A stretch of 63,286 bases of DNA, filler included, from Octopus bimaculoides (taxonomy: Eukaryota): assembly GCF_001194135.2 (NCBI RefSeq). It is 7 parts of 7 records of this genome, joined end to end, with 100 filler letters (N's around TTAATTAATTAA, not from the genome) between each part and the next. Parts side by side here need not be neighbours in the genome. Positions count along the whole stretch, not along the records: positions 21,236 to 32,233 come from NC_068983.1; positions 32,334 to 38,584 come from NC_068991.1; positions 38,685 to 47,940 come from NC_069004.1; 4 more parts are not named here. The stretch is one strand, 5' to 3'. The translations under genes were made by a program, and so were the position numbers. The notes below the pieces were generated by a model. It did not search any database. It worked only from the letters and a program-made list of their open reading frames with translations, and was not told where the DNA came from. This document shows, one piece after another, positions 26,072 to 39,633 of the stretch; the first letter of the stretch is position 1; each line of letters starts with the position of its first letter.

Positions 26072-26076
26072 TCACT

Positions 26077-26170
26077 TACGGCGTAGTGGTTAAGATCGCG
26101 GGCTACTAACACCAAGACTCCAAGTTTGATTCCAGGCAGTGACCTGAATAATAATAATAATAATAATAAT
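26077..26170 (+). mobile_element. Short tRNA-derived SINE with (AAT)n tail
   Basis: A-box-like ggcgtagtggtt, B-box-like gtttgattcc, then cagtgacctgaataataat. Degenerate and lacking a proper acceptor stem. Confidence 0.65.
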
Positions 26171-26399
26171 GCACTTTCTTATTTAGCCAAGCTTTCATCA
26201 ATTGTTTCAAACTTTATTTAGTAATCCAGGTGTGTTTACGGAAAGGTGGTAGAAAGTGGCAATGCTAGTGGGGCTGAATGGGTCTATTCTGGAGATGACT
26301 CTTCCTATTCGGTGGAGCTTCCCTGCGCTTAAACTTCTTTAATGTTCGAGTCGCCAATCCTGCAGCACTTACATTTACTGTCTGAGTGAATTTTGCCGA

Positions 26400-26900
26400 A
26401 ATTAGCCTTGGAACTTTGCCTATTTTACTACAATGGCACCTCCCGGAGGGGTTACAATTATCGTTTCTGTTTCTTTATTTATCTTCCCTTTCTCCAATCA
26501 GAACCAGAGTACTTTGCTTCCAATATTCATGACTTTTTGCAAGGACCGTGTAATCTCATGTCTTTTCATTTATTTGTTCTCTTGTTTGTCCTTTCTCCTT
26601 TAAATTCTCCAATTGTTCGGTCACTTTCTGGATATCTGTTTTCATTCTACACAATATTATTTTTCAAACCCAATATCTCATTACTAACGGTGTTTCCTAC
26701 GTTTCGGAATCCTCTGCCACCTTCCTTTCTAGACAGAAATAAATTGTCGGTAATACTTCCACAGTGTATTGTGATGTACATTGTGAATAGCTTTCTAGTT
26801 GCTCTATCCAAGTTGTGTTGCTCATATTTTTTCCATTTCGGGAAGGAAGTCGTGTATCTAAATACTGGCATACACCGTGTATTTATGTCTTTAATGATAT
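26400..26900 (-). mobile_element. Dong/R4-clade LINE fragment
   Basis: MPVFRY..KWKKYEQHNLDRATRKLFTMY...LFLSRKEGGRG. Confidence 0.7.
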
Positions 26901-29900
26901 TCCCGCTATTTTATTTCATTTCGGGTACCTTCCTTATTCTCCTCTTGTTCTTCTTATTATTTTATTATTCACTGCGAACAAACATAAACGCTTATATACA
27001 CCTCGCTTGAAATGAAAATGTATTTCACAAGTGGAAAATGTTTCCCGTTTTCAACACGTTCGTGCATAAAAACATTTACCTACATTTTGTGGTGGAACTC
27101 TCATCACAAAATTTGATAAAAGAAAATTGAAAGACTGTATTTATTTTAGGAGAAAATATATTTGATTTTCATATCACCTACAAAACAAGTTACGTGTATT
27201 CTCTGCCATACCTCTCAAAAACAGAAGTGAAAATGGACAAACTGATGCATTCATTAAAAATGATGCTTGGAAGTATTACTTTAATTGCAAAACAATATAT
27301 TGATAATAAATATATCCTACAAATTGTGTACACCTAAACACAGCAATATCTGGATGTAAGCAGGTATCGCTACGATATAAAGAAAGATAGCTCCAAAATT
27401 GTTATTTAGTAGCATTAAGAAGGTAGATCACATCAATATATACACAGGATAATATTAAGCTACTAATATTTCTTCGTAACAGCAACACTTATGACTAAAA
27501 ATTCGATGCAAGTAAAATGAATCCCTGCTTTGAAATATCAAATTGAACTAGAAGAATATATCATTCTGAAATTGTAACTTAGACCACAAAATTTAATATT
27601 TGTTTCGTAAGAAATCTGCAAATCAGGTATTTTGTTTTAACAAAGGAGTTGTTTTGCGCTCTGTCTTTTCCTGTGTTTGTGTTTGCGATAGACTGCTGTT
27701 GTCGATTGACTTAGCTCTGAACGGGCGAGGTTAAATCCTTTTACGTGGAAGTATCCGTAAATCGAATATGCTCCCTTCAAATTTATTATTCAGTTCCATT
27801 GTAGTCCTTGTTGCTGCTGCTTGTTGTTGATGCTTTCATGAATGTTACTGAAAAATTGGGTAATATGCCTTACTGTATATTGTTGCCTCTTTCCATTTGT
27901 AATTTGAGCACCTAACGAATAGAAACCTATTCGTCATTTTCGGGTAATAATAATACAAAAAAAAAAATGCCGCTGTCATTTACTCTTTTCTAGTGTTTGG
28001 TAAAACTTAATATTGTTATATATGTAAGAAATCCTCATCGTGATCATCATCAACATTGTTATCATCATATGAGAAACCCATCTTTGAGGATTTGGCATCG
28101 AAAGAAGGCGTATTCTTATTTTTTCATTTATGTTGAAGCTTTTCAATATCCAATTGACATTCGGCTTCTGTCTTTTATTTCTGAATAGTCATTGACACGG
28201 CGATGATTAGATGAAGGTTTTCTCACTTCCTGGTGAGAACTGGCGTTTCATGGACACCTTTCTTGGTTTTATTTTAACCATTTTATGTGTCCTGTCTTCT
28301 ATACTCTTGACATTTAGATTTTTTTTTTTAGTTTGATTGATTTCATAATTTAGTTTCTTTTTCCTTTTCTTGGTATTAAGTAGAAGTATAAATAATTTTT
28401 TTCTTTGCGTAGCTTATTGTCACATTTTATATAGAATGAAACTACTTTTCAGTATCCGTTCTTGAATAAAGTGATCAAAAACATCTTCACATTCGTGTGC
28501 CCTGCCGAAAGGATTGTCATTCTACAAAAAATCAGACACATCGTTCTTAAAACTTTAGTCATTCTAGCACTTCATATACGAAGGAAAAGTGCGTTTTACT
28601 CAATATGAATTGAATCCACAGCCGCAAAAATAAAACCAATAAAAAATTTCAAAATATATAGTGTTAATTGATGTAAGTTATGCATAAACGTACCGTGTTC
28701 GTGCAGTCTTCAGGTATGAATTTGTTGAACACTACATGCATAATCTTTAATCACATTCTTGATGAATGTCTTATTAAATTTGATTCTCGGGGACCACAAG
28801 TTTTATAAAATAGAGAACTTATTTTAAAGGTTCACCTATTTATCACTGCAGTGATTTTGGATTATACTTCTTCTGACTTAAAACATAATTTTTTGGCATT
28901 GTTGATTAATATGTTTTTGATAGCCGTTAGCCACAGATCCGATCGGCCTGGATCATGAAGTTATTATGAATCCTTTGAAACAACTTTGAGCAGGTTATTT
29001 TAATCTAAGAGTTTTCTTTTATCACTACGATCTTTCTAATATTAATTTTATTGTACCTGGGCTAATTTCTTGGCTGATATTTTTCGTGGAATATCCCTGA
29101 GTTTAGTATCATGATTATAGCATTCAACAATTGTGATTTCTGCATCGAACATATTCACGTTGATGGATATACGTAAGGCCTTACTTTATTTCACTTAATT
29201 GTAACTAATATTAGCTGGGTTAGAGATATATTGCTAATTTAATTTAAAGATACTACTATCTTTCATAGCCTACACAATTATTACAGTTTGGAGAAGTTCA
29301 CTTGTATTAAATCGCTATTTGAGTTCATCTATATTTTATATTTGTATTTCAGTAGTATTGATTGAGAGATGTATTATATTTTGGTAGATTGATTGTAATG
29401 CTGTTTGCCTGACTTTGAATGTTTAAGGAGGTATGCGTTTTTCGATGTATGTAGTGTGTTTACTCCGTACTTCAGAATATTGATGTCTGCATCAATATTC
29501 TGTAACAGTACATAAGCAATACACTGTAAGAGTGCATATGTTATTTTTTTTTGTTTCATTTACTTTCGTTTGTTCTACATTCCTGCTTCCTGTTCTGAAT
29601 GATGATAGCTTGTCATTTGCATATTTTTCTGATTCCTGATTTTCTATTGTTTGTCTTTTTGTGAGCAATCTCTTACAATTATATTATTTTTATACTTAAT
29701 AATTCCTTGGTTTCAAATATGTATGTTCTTGTAATTTGCACGCATGTGACGATCCTAAGTGAGATTCTGAATCATGCTCAATACATTAGCAAAGATCTTA
29801 AGTTACGGCAGTTATGAATCTGATTAAAGTTTGTCGATGTAACATATTCTTCAGGAGTAAGGAGTTACACCCTTTAGAGATATTTCTCGTTTCACGCTTT

Positions 29901-30763
29901 AATTTTACAAACCGCATAAATCTAGCGTTACTTTTCGATTGTTACTTCTACTAGACACTGGTATAACCATTTTTGGCAATGCATCATAACTTGAGGGAAC
30001 ATCTTTGCTACTTTGTATGCATTTATTACAATGAAAACAATGTTTTTTTCTTGATTACAATATGAATAATAAAGGCTTGATGGTAATCTTTGTACTACGT
30101 CTTTGCGAACTACACACACGAAGCGTTAAACTCTCACATCAATTTATAGAACGTTCATCTGTTTAGAAAACTTATTATTACGCGAGTTACGAGAGTTACA
30201 AATACATGATGTATTTCAGGTAATGTAATAAGCAATGCATTTAACAAAATGAGTTAATGAAATTAAATACATATACATTTTTATTCGACTTATCCTCTTT
30301 GTCTACAATACATCGGATCTTTGTCATTTCTAATGATTTCCAAATGTTCACTGGTAAACTAGTCTACATTTAATTTACATTTCACCCATGGATAAAATAT
30401 GTATTACTTAGAAAACGAATATACACTGTGGTACAGCCAAAAGGATTTTCTTTTCAAATAAGTCTATTTTCTTACTAATGTAAAATTTAAAATGCACTAT
30501 AGTGTCCGGATAAAAAATGACGACATTAAGAAACTACTAAAAAGACTAGGTAAATGAGAGCGAAAAGAATAAAAATTCTAACTCTTATAACGTAGAACAT
30601 ACCGAGTATCTCGGTGCAGAAAATCGAAAAAATAACATTTTAAGTGACTGTTTTTTTAATAAGTTCCGTACGTCACAGAAAATACCTTTGGCAAAAACAA
30701 CGATAGCTTTTGATTAACAACGAAAGTTTTCAATAGTTGTGTAAATTGAAATGCGCGTCTACA

Positions 30764-30883
30764 TTGAAAGTCCCACTGCGTGGCACCTTGGGCAAGTGTC
30801 TTTTACTACAGGCTCGAGCCGACCAAAGCCTTCTGAGTGGATTTGGTGGACAGAAACTGAAAGAAGCTTGTCGTATATATGTA
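30764..30883 (+). mobile_element. SINE family B fragment
   Basis: cccactgcgtggcaccttgggcaagtgtc..ccaaagcc..gagtggatttgg..aactgaaagaagc. Confidence 0.8.
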
Positions 30884-32024
30884 TCACTCTCTTTATTATC
30901 CTCTCTTTCTCTCCCCCCTCCCATACCCACCTTCCCCCTCTATTACATCCACCTTCCCTTTCCGCCTTCATCGTCAACCCCTCCTCATAAGCTCATCCCA
31001 CCCCACCCCAACACACTCCTACTACACCTTCCCACTCCACCCCATCCAATTCTTTACACCCCCCATACCCTNNNNNNNNNNNNNNNNNNNNNNNNNNNNN
31101 NNNNNNNNNNNNNNNNNNNNNNNNNNNNNNNNNNNNNNNNNNNNNNNNNNNNNNNNNNNNNNNNNNNNNNNNNNNNNNNNNNNNNNNNNNNNNNNNNNNN
31201 NNNNNNNNNNNNNNNNNNNNNNNNNNNNNNNNNNNNNNNNNNNNNNNNNNNNNNNNNNNNNNNNNNNNNNNNNNNNNNNNNNNNNNNNNNNNNNNNNNNN
31301 NNNNNNNNNNNNNNNNNNNNNNNGTCCTCGTCTGTTGTTTTTTCGTACATTCTCCCACATATAATACACGCTCACGTGGTCGCACCAGCTAATCCTGTCT
31401 CCATTCATCAAACACGAACTTCTGGATTCTACCTTCTTTCCTTCTGGATTTACTCTTTCTGGACTGTTTTATTCTGAAATTTACATCCTCCGGCTGCACC
31501 TCTCCTACCCACGGATTACACTGGACCCATCTTCTGATTGGAAATCGCCTCAATATACCACGACGTCTAAAAAACTTTTGAACTTTTGAACTTTTCCACT
31601 TATGTAAACCTCCTTTATTAACTTTATCATCTTTATGTTTTCCTTTACTTTCCTTCACCTAACGTCTCTTCGTACTCTGGATCTTCCTAATCTGTTTTCT
31701 CTAATCTGCACCTATTACTTTGTATTCTTTTCCCCCCATTTCTTTTCTGCTCTCGTTTCTTCCCTCCCTGTCACCCCATTTTCTCCCTATTGTCCCATCT
31801 TCCTCTTTTCTTTTTGCTTTGTTTTTTCTCCCACCTCGCATATATTTTCTTCTCACAACGTCTTTTTCGTTTTTTCACCTCATGCCTTTATTTATTTTCC
31901 CCCACACACCTGTAAACAAATTTTTCTCCCACGTCCAATTTTCTCATCACGCTTGTTTTTTTTCCACCACACATTTCGTAATTCTCCTTCCCACGTCTAA
32001 TTTTCTTTTCTCTCTCGTTCCATC

Positions 32025-32233
32025 ATGCCTGACTACAAATCTTTCCAACTCACTCTCCACAACCGCCTAAGACTATACCTCCGCACACTTCCCTCTCAAA
32101 ACTTTCAACCTACTATACGACTCTCCTTACTCATATTCAAGAAGACTCGTTTCTCTAGTCATATTACGTTTCTCAGTCGCTGCTTACATCACCGCCTCAT
32201 CCCTAAGGGTTTCCACCTCCATTTCCACCCCAC
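32025..32233 (+). mobile_element. Penelope-like ORF N-terminus, running into a gap
   Basis: ..FSSHITFLSRCLHHRLIPKGFHLHF resembles the PLE N-terminal 'SH..FL.RC....LIPKG' motif. It is preceded by a pyrimidine-rich leader. Confidence 0.55.
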
Positions 32234-32333
32234 NNNNNNNNNNNNNNNNNNNNNNNNNNNNNNNNNNNNNNNNNNNNTTAATTAATTAANNNNNNNNNNN
32301 NNNNNNNNNNNNNNNNNNNNNNNNNNNNNNNNN

Positions 32334-32399
<66 letters not shown>

Positions 32400-33057
32400 A
32401 GTGAGTGAGTGTGTGTGTGTAGATATATACATGTGAACGTGTGATTATTTTATGTGCTTTTTGAAGACGTTGGGGGAAGCTATATCATATAAATAGTTGC
32501 TCATGTAATAAGCCACACCTTATCTTTATTAATCTGAAGCGATATCTCATCTGTTAATCTCTGACCACCTACAAAACAAAATGAAAACTAAATAGTCGAG
32601 ACAACACGTACCAGAGACGGAAAAAAGATACTGAAGTGGCTACTTGAACCTGGCATCTCAAAGGAGCGCCATCGGTAAGGTGATCCTTGCTCATTGGAAG
32701 GTCAATGGGGCAGGCGTCAATAAAGGCGTTTCCAGTAACAATTAGTTCGCTATTTATGTCGTTGTCAGATTAAAACAAAAAAAAAACCCCATCGAATTGT
32801 TGTTGCTGATTCTTTGTTATTGTTGTTGAGCTCCAGGTCGGACCTGACTGCATGCGTCTATGATCAAACGCGTTCGAGATGACTATATCATCCTTTTTAT
32901 TTCATCATATTCACTGCTCCCATGGCAACATTATCTAACGTGTTTGCCTTCTTTTCTAACAAGGTAGGGTATGATTTTCTGGTTATATGTTTGGTTTTTA
33001 TTATTAGCAAGTTCGATGGACTGCCTAGAGGCCTCCTCGCTCGTTCGAGTTAAAATC

Positions 33058-33416
33058 GTGGCACTCCGCCGGTTACGTCGATGAGGTTTCCAGTTGATCC
33101 GATCAACGGAACAGCCTGCTCGTGAAATTAACGTGCAAGTGGCTGAGCACTCCACAGACACGTGTACCCTTAACGTAGTTCTCGGCGAGATTCAGCGTGA
33201 CAAAGAGTGTGACAAGGCTGGCCCTTTGAAATACAGGTACAACAGAAACAGGAAGTAAGAGTGAGAAATAGTTGTGGTGAAAGAATACAGCAAGGTTAGC
33301 CATCACCCACTGCCAGAGCCTCGTGGAACTTTAGATGTCTTCGCTAAATAAACGCTCGAAACCGCGATCCTACGACCGCGAGTCCGCTGCCCTAACCACT
33401 GGGCCATTGCGCCTCC
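33058..33416 (-). mobile_element. SINE family C, full length (tRNA-derived)
   Basis: Minus head ggaggcgcaatggcccagtggttagggcagcggactcgcggtcg matches the plus copy at 56258. The body matches 39266-39633 and 58088-58292. Confidence 0.85.
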
Positions 33417-33877
33417 ACTAAGTTAAAATAAAGGATAGCAAATCGGAAGAAACGGCTGAATATCCGAAAAGGGCTTTTCAATATTTAGTTTGTTTTTTAG
33501 ATTCTTTCCTTACAGTCAGTTTCTTATGTACCAGCAACTCCCTAGGGACAATCCAGTCAACATTACTCTGCAGCTTATCAAAATCTTTCTTGTTCCTCAC
33601 AGAACAGTATGTTGTCACAATGACTGATAGAAATAAAAAACATCAACCTCCGAAATCATTGTATCCTAGTTCTCACTCCATCTCTGTTTAACTCCACCAC
33701 AGACTCTTGCTAGTCTTTTGTGAAGTTCACTCTATTGTGAGCATTTGAACAAATTTTGCGGATTAAAGATAACTCGTTAATCATAGTTTTTTGCCCCATT
33801 CTTCCACCTCGTCTTGGAAACTCTGCAAATGAGTTGTTCTTCTGCCTAAATGTGAAACCATTATTATTTTTATTGCA

Positions 33878-34460
33878 AAGGTGGCGAGCTGGCAGAATCG
33901 TCAGCACGCCGAGCGAAATGCTTAGCGGTGTTTCATCTGCCGCTATGCTCTGAGTTCAAATTCCGCTGAGGTCGAGTTTGCTTTTCATCCTTTCGGGGTC
34001 GATCAATTAAGTACCAGTTGCGTACTGGGTCGATGTAATCGATTTAATCCCTCCCCTCAAATTTGAGGCCTTGTGCTTCCAGTAGAAGGGATTATTATTA
34101 CTATGAAGGCGGTGTATTTTGCCTGTCGCTACGTGCTGAGTTGAAGTTCCGCCAAGGTCGACTTTGCTTTTCGTCCTTTCGGGGTCGATAAATTAAGTAC
34201 CAGTTGAGTACTGGGGTCGATGTAATGAACTATCCCCGCTCCATTTTTCAGGCCTTGTGCCTATAGTAGAAAGGATTATTGTTAAGGCGGCGAGCTGGCA
34301 GCGTCGGTAGCAAGCCGGGTAAAACGCTATTGACATTTAGCCCGTCTTTACGTTCTGAGTTCAAATTCCGTTGAGGTCGACTTTCCATTTCATCCTTTCG
34401 GAGTCGATAAAATAAGTACCAGTTGAGCGCTGGGGTTGATGTGATTGACTGTCTCCCTCG
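33878..34460 (+). mobile_element. Three head-to-tail SINE family A copies
   Basis: Heads at ~33880, ~34107 and ~34285, each followed by the ctttcatcctttcgg core. Confidence 0.85.
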
Positions 34461-35121
34461 TTAACTCATCTACATTAACCCTGTATTGTAAGGGAGAGTA
34501 AGTATGAAAAACGAAGTCCATTTTCTCCCCCCAAAGTGTATTTAATTAGGTAAATGGAATGAATTGAGCCTCTTCCGAAATCAAAACATCTTTCCCTACA
34601 TTTCCCAGTACACAGTTGTAAAGCGGTTAAAGTAAATCTATATTGTATTTGTTGGTGTTACCGCTGTTTAGCCGCAAGTCAACCCTGGTTGAACAAATCT
34701 ATTATAAAAAAAGTATTTAAAATTTTTTATCTTTTGTCTTTTATTTGAATTAGTTATTAGACTGCGGACATGCTGCGGCACTGCCCTGAAGAGTTTTAGT
34801 CGAACAAATCGATCCCAACACTCTGCTTTAAGTCTGGTATCGATCTCTTTTGACATTAGGTAGCAACTTCTAACCACACAGCCACGGCTGCACTCAAACG
34901 ATAACACTTCAGAGAAGTGTATTCAAGTCATTCTTATCATTTCAGAAACAGTAGGTTTTGATGTGAAAGGGATTTGATTGTTATCTCTAGCGTTTCGAAC
35001 CACAGTGTGGAAACTACGTTGTTGATTCATTTTTATATTGTTGAAAAATCACTATTAATAATTAACCAAAATTTAATTAGTAAGCAGATGTCTCCGAATA
35101 ATTAACTTAAGCGATAATGAA

Positions 35122-35335
35122 TGCGGAGAGCTGCCAAAATCGTTAGCACGTCGGACAAAATACTTAGTAGCATTTCATTAGTCATTACATTCTGAGCTCA
35201 AATTCCGCTGAAGTCGACTTAGCCTTTAACTCTCCCGGAGTCGATAAAATAAGTACCAGTTAAGCATTAGGGTCGATGTAATCAACTGACCCCCACCGCC
35301 CTGAATGTTTTGACCTTGTGCCAAAATTGGAAACC
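35122..35335 (+). mobile_element. SINE family A, diverged
   Basis: gcggagagctgccaaaatcgttagcacg..gagtcgataaaataagtaccag. Confidence 0.75.
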
Positions 35336-35983
35336 AGTTTAAGCGCCTTTTTAAAATCTGTTAATTTTCGAGGCCATTGTATATGCACCATTATACATTC
35401 GTTTTACATCCAGGAGGATGTTTTTTTTTTTCATTTCTATTACTGATTCGGCAAGTACAGAAGCAGTTAGCTTATTCTTCACTGCGGAAATCTCATGACG
35501 CCAAACGTATCCGGAGTTGCATTCTGTAGTTGATAATATCAGAATAAGAATCAATAGCCATTGGTTCTAAAGTTATCTTTTCCTCACCGCATTTTAGATT
35601 TTTAAAGCTGCATGCGTTCCGTTTAGTTTAAAGGAATGAGAAGTAGAGAGAAAGTTGCAATTCCGTTTTGTTTAAAGTTGTGAGCACCATAAAGAAAGTT
35701 GTAACCTGCTTCTAAGTACGTTCTTCTTATATTTGCCTTTGGTCACTGTATATAGTAAACCGCCGCAAAGCGAAACTGCTGGTAGTTTTCAATACAATAA
35801 TTATACTATACTCTGCTATGTCTTAATTTGGTATAGTGTTCTTTATTTAAGTTGTAATTTCATACTCACATATACAACATACATTCACACATACGTACAT
35901 ACATACATAAATACATACATATACGCACGCACAAACGCACACACATTTGTATGTATGTAATATATGTGATATATATGTATGTA

Positions 35984-36042
<59 letters not shown>

Positions 36043-36716
36043 ACATAAATGTTTTATTCACTCATAAAAAAGATATACCTTTCAAAGACTAACATCCTTT
36101 AAGTGTGCGTTAGTTAAGCTCCTCATATATGACGTAAAAATAATACTTAAAAATAATTAGAAATGGTTGAATCTCCATAAGATGCTCATTTACTACCTGT
36201 TGGTACAGCTATAAATACTCTACTCCTCGTAGTTGTTAAGCTCTGCAGTCTGCTACTTGATGTCAGTGGAACTTTTAGTTAAATTAAAGCCTGATTTAAA
36301 TCGCCTTTCATTTTGGTATTTACTCTAGAATGCAGTTTGCCAAGCTATTGAACATCATTATGAAACAACGACTTCAATCTGAAAAAACCGTGACGTGCTG
36401 CCGAGCTTCTGAGCTTCTACGGTCTCATGTACTTTTAGGCATAGCCGTTTGTCGTTACTTCATAAAGCTATATTCGAAGGAATAATAACTCTTGTCCGAG
36501 ACTCGGAGAGAGAATTCCATATTCCTAGGAAACTTGAGGAATTGAATCTGAGTTAACCATTTAAAAATACGCCCTAACTGCTTCAAGTCCCGGCTTTTAT
36601 CAGCCGGTCAACGTCGTAGTAGCTCCACACAAACTTTCCACTCCCAAATAATTAATTTCCCATGGATATTTCTGACCTTTTTTCCTTTATAAAGCAGTAG
36701 CATTTGACTTACCTTT

Positions 36717-37104
36717 ATCATTTACTTGTTTCAATCATTGGACTGCAGCCATGCTGCAGCATCGCCTTGAACACTTTAATCAAACGAATCGAGCCGAGAG
36801 CTTATTTTAAAGTCTTGTATTTATTCTATCGGTCTCTTTCCACCAACCGCTAAGTTACATAGAGGTAAACAAACCAACACCAGTTGTCAAGCAGTAGTGG
36901 GGGTGGGGAATAAATACAAACAGAAAGATACAAACAAATATAGACATATATATACGACGGGCTTCTACACAGCTTCCGTTTACCAAATTCACTCATGAGA
37001 CATTAGTGGGTCTGGGTCTACACTAGAAGATACTTTCTCAAGGTGTCGCATAGTGGGACCGAGCCCGAGATCATGTAGCTGCTAAGTGAGCTTCTTAACC
37101 ACAC
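36717..37104 (-). mobile_element. SINE family B, near full length, diverged
   Basis: Both the 3' tail (ttgtttcaatcattggactgcagccatgc) and the head (..aaccacaca) are present. Confidence 0.8.
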
Positions 37105-37789
37105 AAGGAGGACAAACAACCAGGAAGAAGCTTCTTCATTGGTTCAAGATGTACGTAAACACATTTGAAATAAGCACTACCTAGCTAAGAAAGAAAAGCA
37201 AGCAAAATATTCCAATTATTGTATGAGGAAGTCAGAAAATACATATTTTATATTCTTTATATTATAAAATAACGAAATATATTAGGAGAGGTTTAAGAAA
37301 TAAGGTGTAAAATATGGATATTTCCGTTTCCTTTCCAGGTTTTGCAGAAGACCAATTATTTGCATTCCAAATATTTTAAATATTAAGAATAATTATTATA
37401 ATTAGATTTTGAGAAGTGCTGAAATTTAGACTTCATTTTTAAAATCTAGAAAAAATAAAAGAGCAGGTTGTGTTGATTCTTTTATGATGAATGATTGATA
37501 AGAGAAAATGATGGGGGAAAAAATAAAAGAATAATGAACTGTGTGATACATAAACAGTAAATTGGAACTGCCTGCTTGTGGCGGGTAGGTAAGTCATTTC
37601 ATCTCATTTATCATTTATTCATAATTTCATCCGTTATATGTTTCGAGTACCCCACTGTATTGTTTGTCTGTTTTTGTATTGTCCCAACTTTATAAGAGGC
37701 CTTGTGTCTAATAAAAAAATTCAAGACGTTGGTGTTGCCTTGGCGGAGGTTTTTACGCTCTCTGAGTGCTCTTTATTTATTTTTTCAAT

Positions 37790-38044
37790 TCTTTTATTTG
37801 TTTCAGTCATTTGACTGCGGCCACGCAGGAGCACCATCTTTAGTTGAACAAATCGACCTCAGGACTTATATATATGTATATACGACAGGCTTCTTTCAGT
37901 TTCTGTCTATCAAATCCACTCACAAGTCTTTGGTCGGCCCGAGGCTATAGTAGAAGACACTTGCCCAAGGTGCCACGCAGTCGGAATGAACCCGAAATTA
38001 CGAGGTTGGTAAGCAAGCTACTTACCACATAGCCACTCCTGCGG
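37790..38044 (-). mobile_element. SINE family B with internal deletion
   Basis: Tail and head (ttaccacatagccactcctgcg) are present; the middle segment is missing. Confidence 0.8.
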
Positions 38045-38321
38045 CTGTATGTATGTAATTTCATATCGTTACTTGTAAATATCTAGTCATTGTGTTAGTA
38101 CATATTTTCTAATGAGCATGTTTTCACATTATATCAAATATCAGATTGTTACATGATGAGAGTTGAATGCATAGGATGAGTATATGCCTCCTTTACAAAA
38201 CAGCTATGATGCAAATGAAAGTGCGTCACCAAGCAATTAGAGTGTTACACTCACAATCACTAGACCGTAGTTTCGATTCCCAGATTGGCACAGTGCGTTG
38301 TGGTATTCTTTTCTACTCTCG

Positions 38322-38452
38322 GCACAAGGCCCGAAAATTTTGGAGGGAATGAGCCAGTTGATTAGATCGACCTCAGTACGCAACTGGTATTTAATTTATC
38401 GACCCCGAAAGGATGAAAGGCAGAGTCGACCTCGGCGGAATTTGAACTCAGA
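38322..38452 (-). mobile_element. SINE family A fragment
   Basis: ctggtatttaatttatcgaccccgaaaggatgaaagg. Confidence 0.8.
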
Positions 38453-39265
38453 ATTTGAACTTAGAATTATAATTAAGGGTGCTTTAGGGCCAACGCCAAT
38501 ACGCTAGAAATAGATGTCAAATGTCTACAAGCCACTCTAAATTTGTTCTTTTTATAACACAAAGCTGAATGCAAAGGAATCGACNNNNNNNNNNNNNNNN
38601 NNNNNNNNNNNNNNNNNNNNNNNNNNNNTTAATTAATTAANNNNNNNNNNNNNNNNNNNNNNNNNNNNNNNNNNNNNNNNNNNNAGAAAGCAGACGGCAG
38701 AAAGTAGACAGTAGACAGTAGAAAGTGGGCAATAGACTGCAGAAAGTAGACAGCAGATTGCATAAAGTAGACAGCAGAAAACAGACGGCAGAAAGCTGAC
38801 AGCAGCAATGAACCCGTAGCAGCAACAGAGAGTGAAGAGAGTGGTATCACAACACCAAAGCATTGAACGACAAAGGCAATGCGTTCTAAACAGCGAACTC
38901 CAAGAGACACGACTGCAGCTACCTGAACCAACTACACCTATAAACTTCGAACTATTTCGGTGCAAATATTATTTCATTGTCGTTCGTACTAACAAGATTT
39001 ATTTCGTCAACGATATAAATGAATATTTTGTATTAAAAGCCTCACCCTAGTAGAATTTCAGTTTTTTATTGTAATATGTGTAACACTAGCAGCCCTCTCT
39101 TACATATATGATGTTGATTGTCTTACCTTGTGAGATGGTAGCCGTCTCACATTGAAATAAAATTATAGTGGAGCATCTATAAATCATAGGATATAAATGA
39201 CAAAAGCTTGTATTACACTTTTGACACTCTCTCGGTCACCTTGGGTAAGACATTTTATTTCAAAT

Positions 39266-39633
39266 TCCCCCAGTCCACTCAGCAGGCAGAACTGAGTTGC
39301 ACTTGTATTTCAAAGGGCCACCTTTGCCACATTTTGTGTCACGCTGAATATTCCTGAGAAGTACGCCATGAATACGTGTGTCTGAGGAGTACGTGTGTGT
39401 GTCTGTGGAGTACGTGTGTGTGTGTGTGTGTGTCTGTGGAGTACGTGTGTGTGCGTGTGCGTGTGTGTCTGTGAAATACGTGTGTGTATGTGTCTGTGGA
39501 GTACGTGTGTGTGTGTGTGTGTGTGTTTGTGTGTTTGTGTGTGTGGTGTACTCATCCACCTGCAAGTTAACTCCACAAGCAGGCAGTTCCGTTAATCAAC
39601 TGGAGCACTCCTCGTCGTATCAGACTGAGTGCC
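39266..39633 (+). mobile_element. SINE family C body with internal tandem expansion
   Basis: gtatttcaaagggcc..cacgctgaat, then repeated gtctgtggagtacgtgt(gt)n units, then ..aagcaggcagttccg. Confidence 0.75.

Noticed and set aside
26077-26150. Possible tRNA gene
   Set aside because: No closable acceptor stem, degenerate B box and a direct run into an (AAT)n tail: a SINE head.
27600-30200. Possible decayed Helitron Rep on the minus strand (NDNPF, FIKNV..DY, RLHEHG)
   Set aside because: Motifs are too degenerate and broken by stops; needs a profile-HMM search.
33880-35335. Repeated ~40-bp core resembling a CRISPR repeat
   Set aside because: Irregular spacing and long flanking homology show these are SINE copies in a eukaryotic context; no cas genes.
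36360-36670. Possible CR1/Jockey 3' fossil
   Set aside because: Only vague resemblance by eye.
38684-39085. LTR-like segments ending ..TAACA/TACA (also 48041-48570 and 51813-52140)
   Set aside because: PolyA-like signals and CA ends are present, but there is no paired LTR, TSD, PBS or internal domain; two are cut by gaps.
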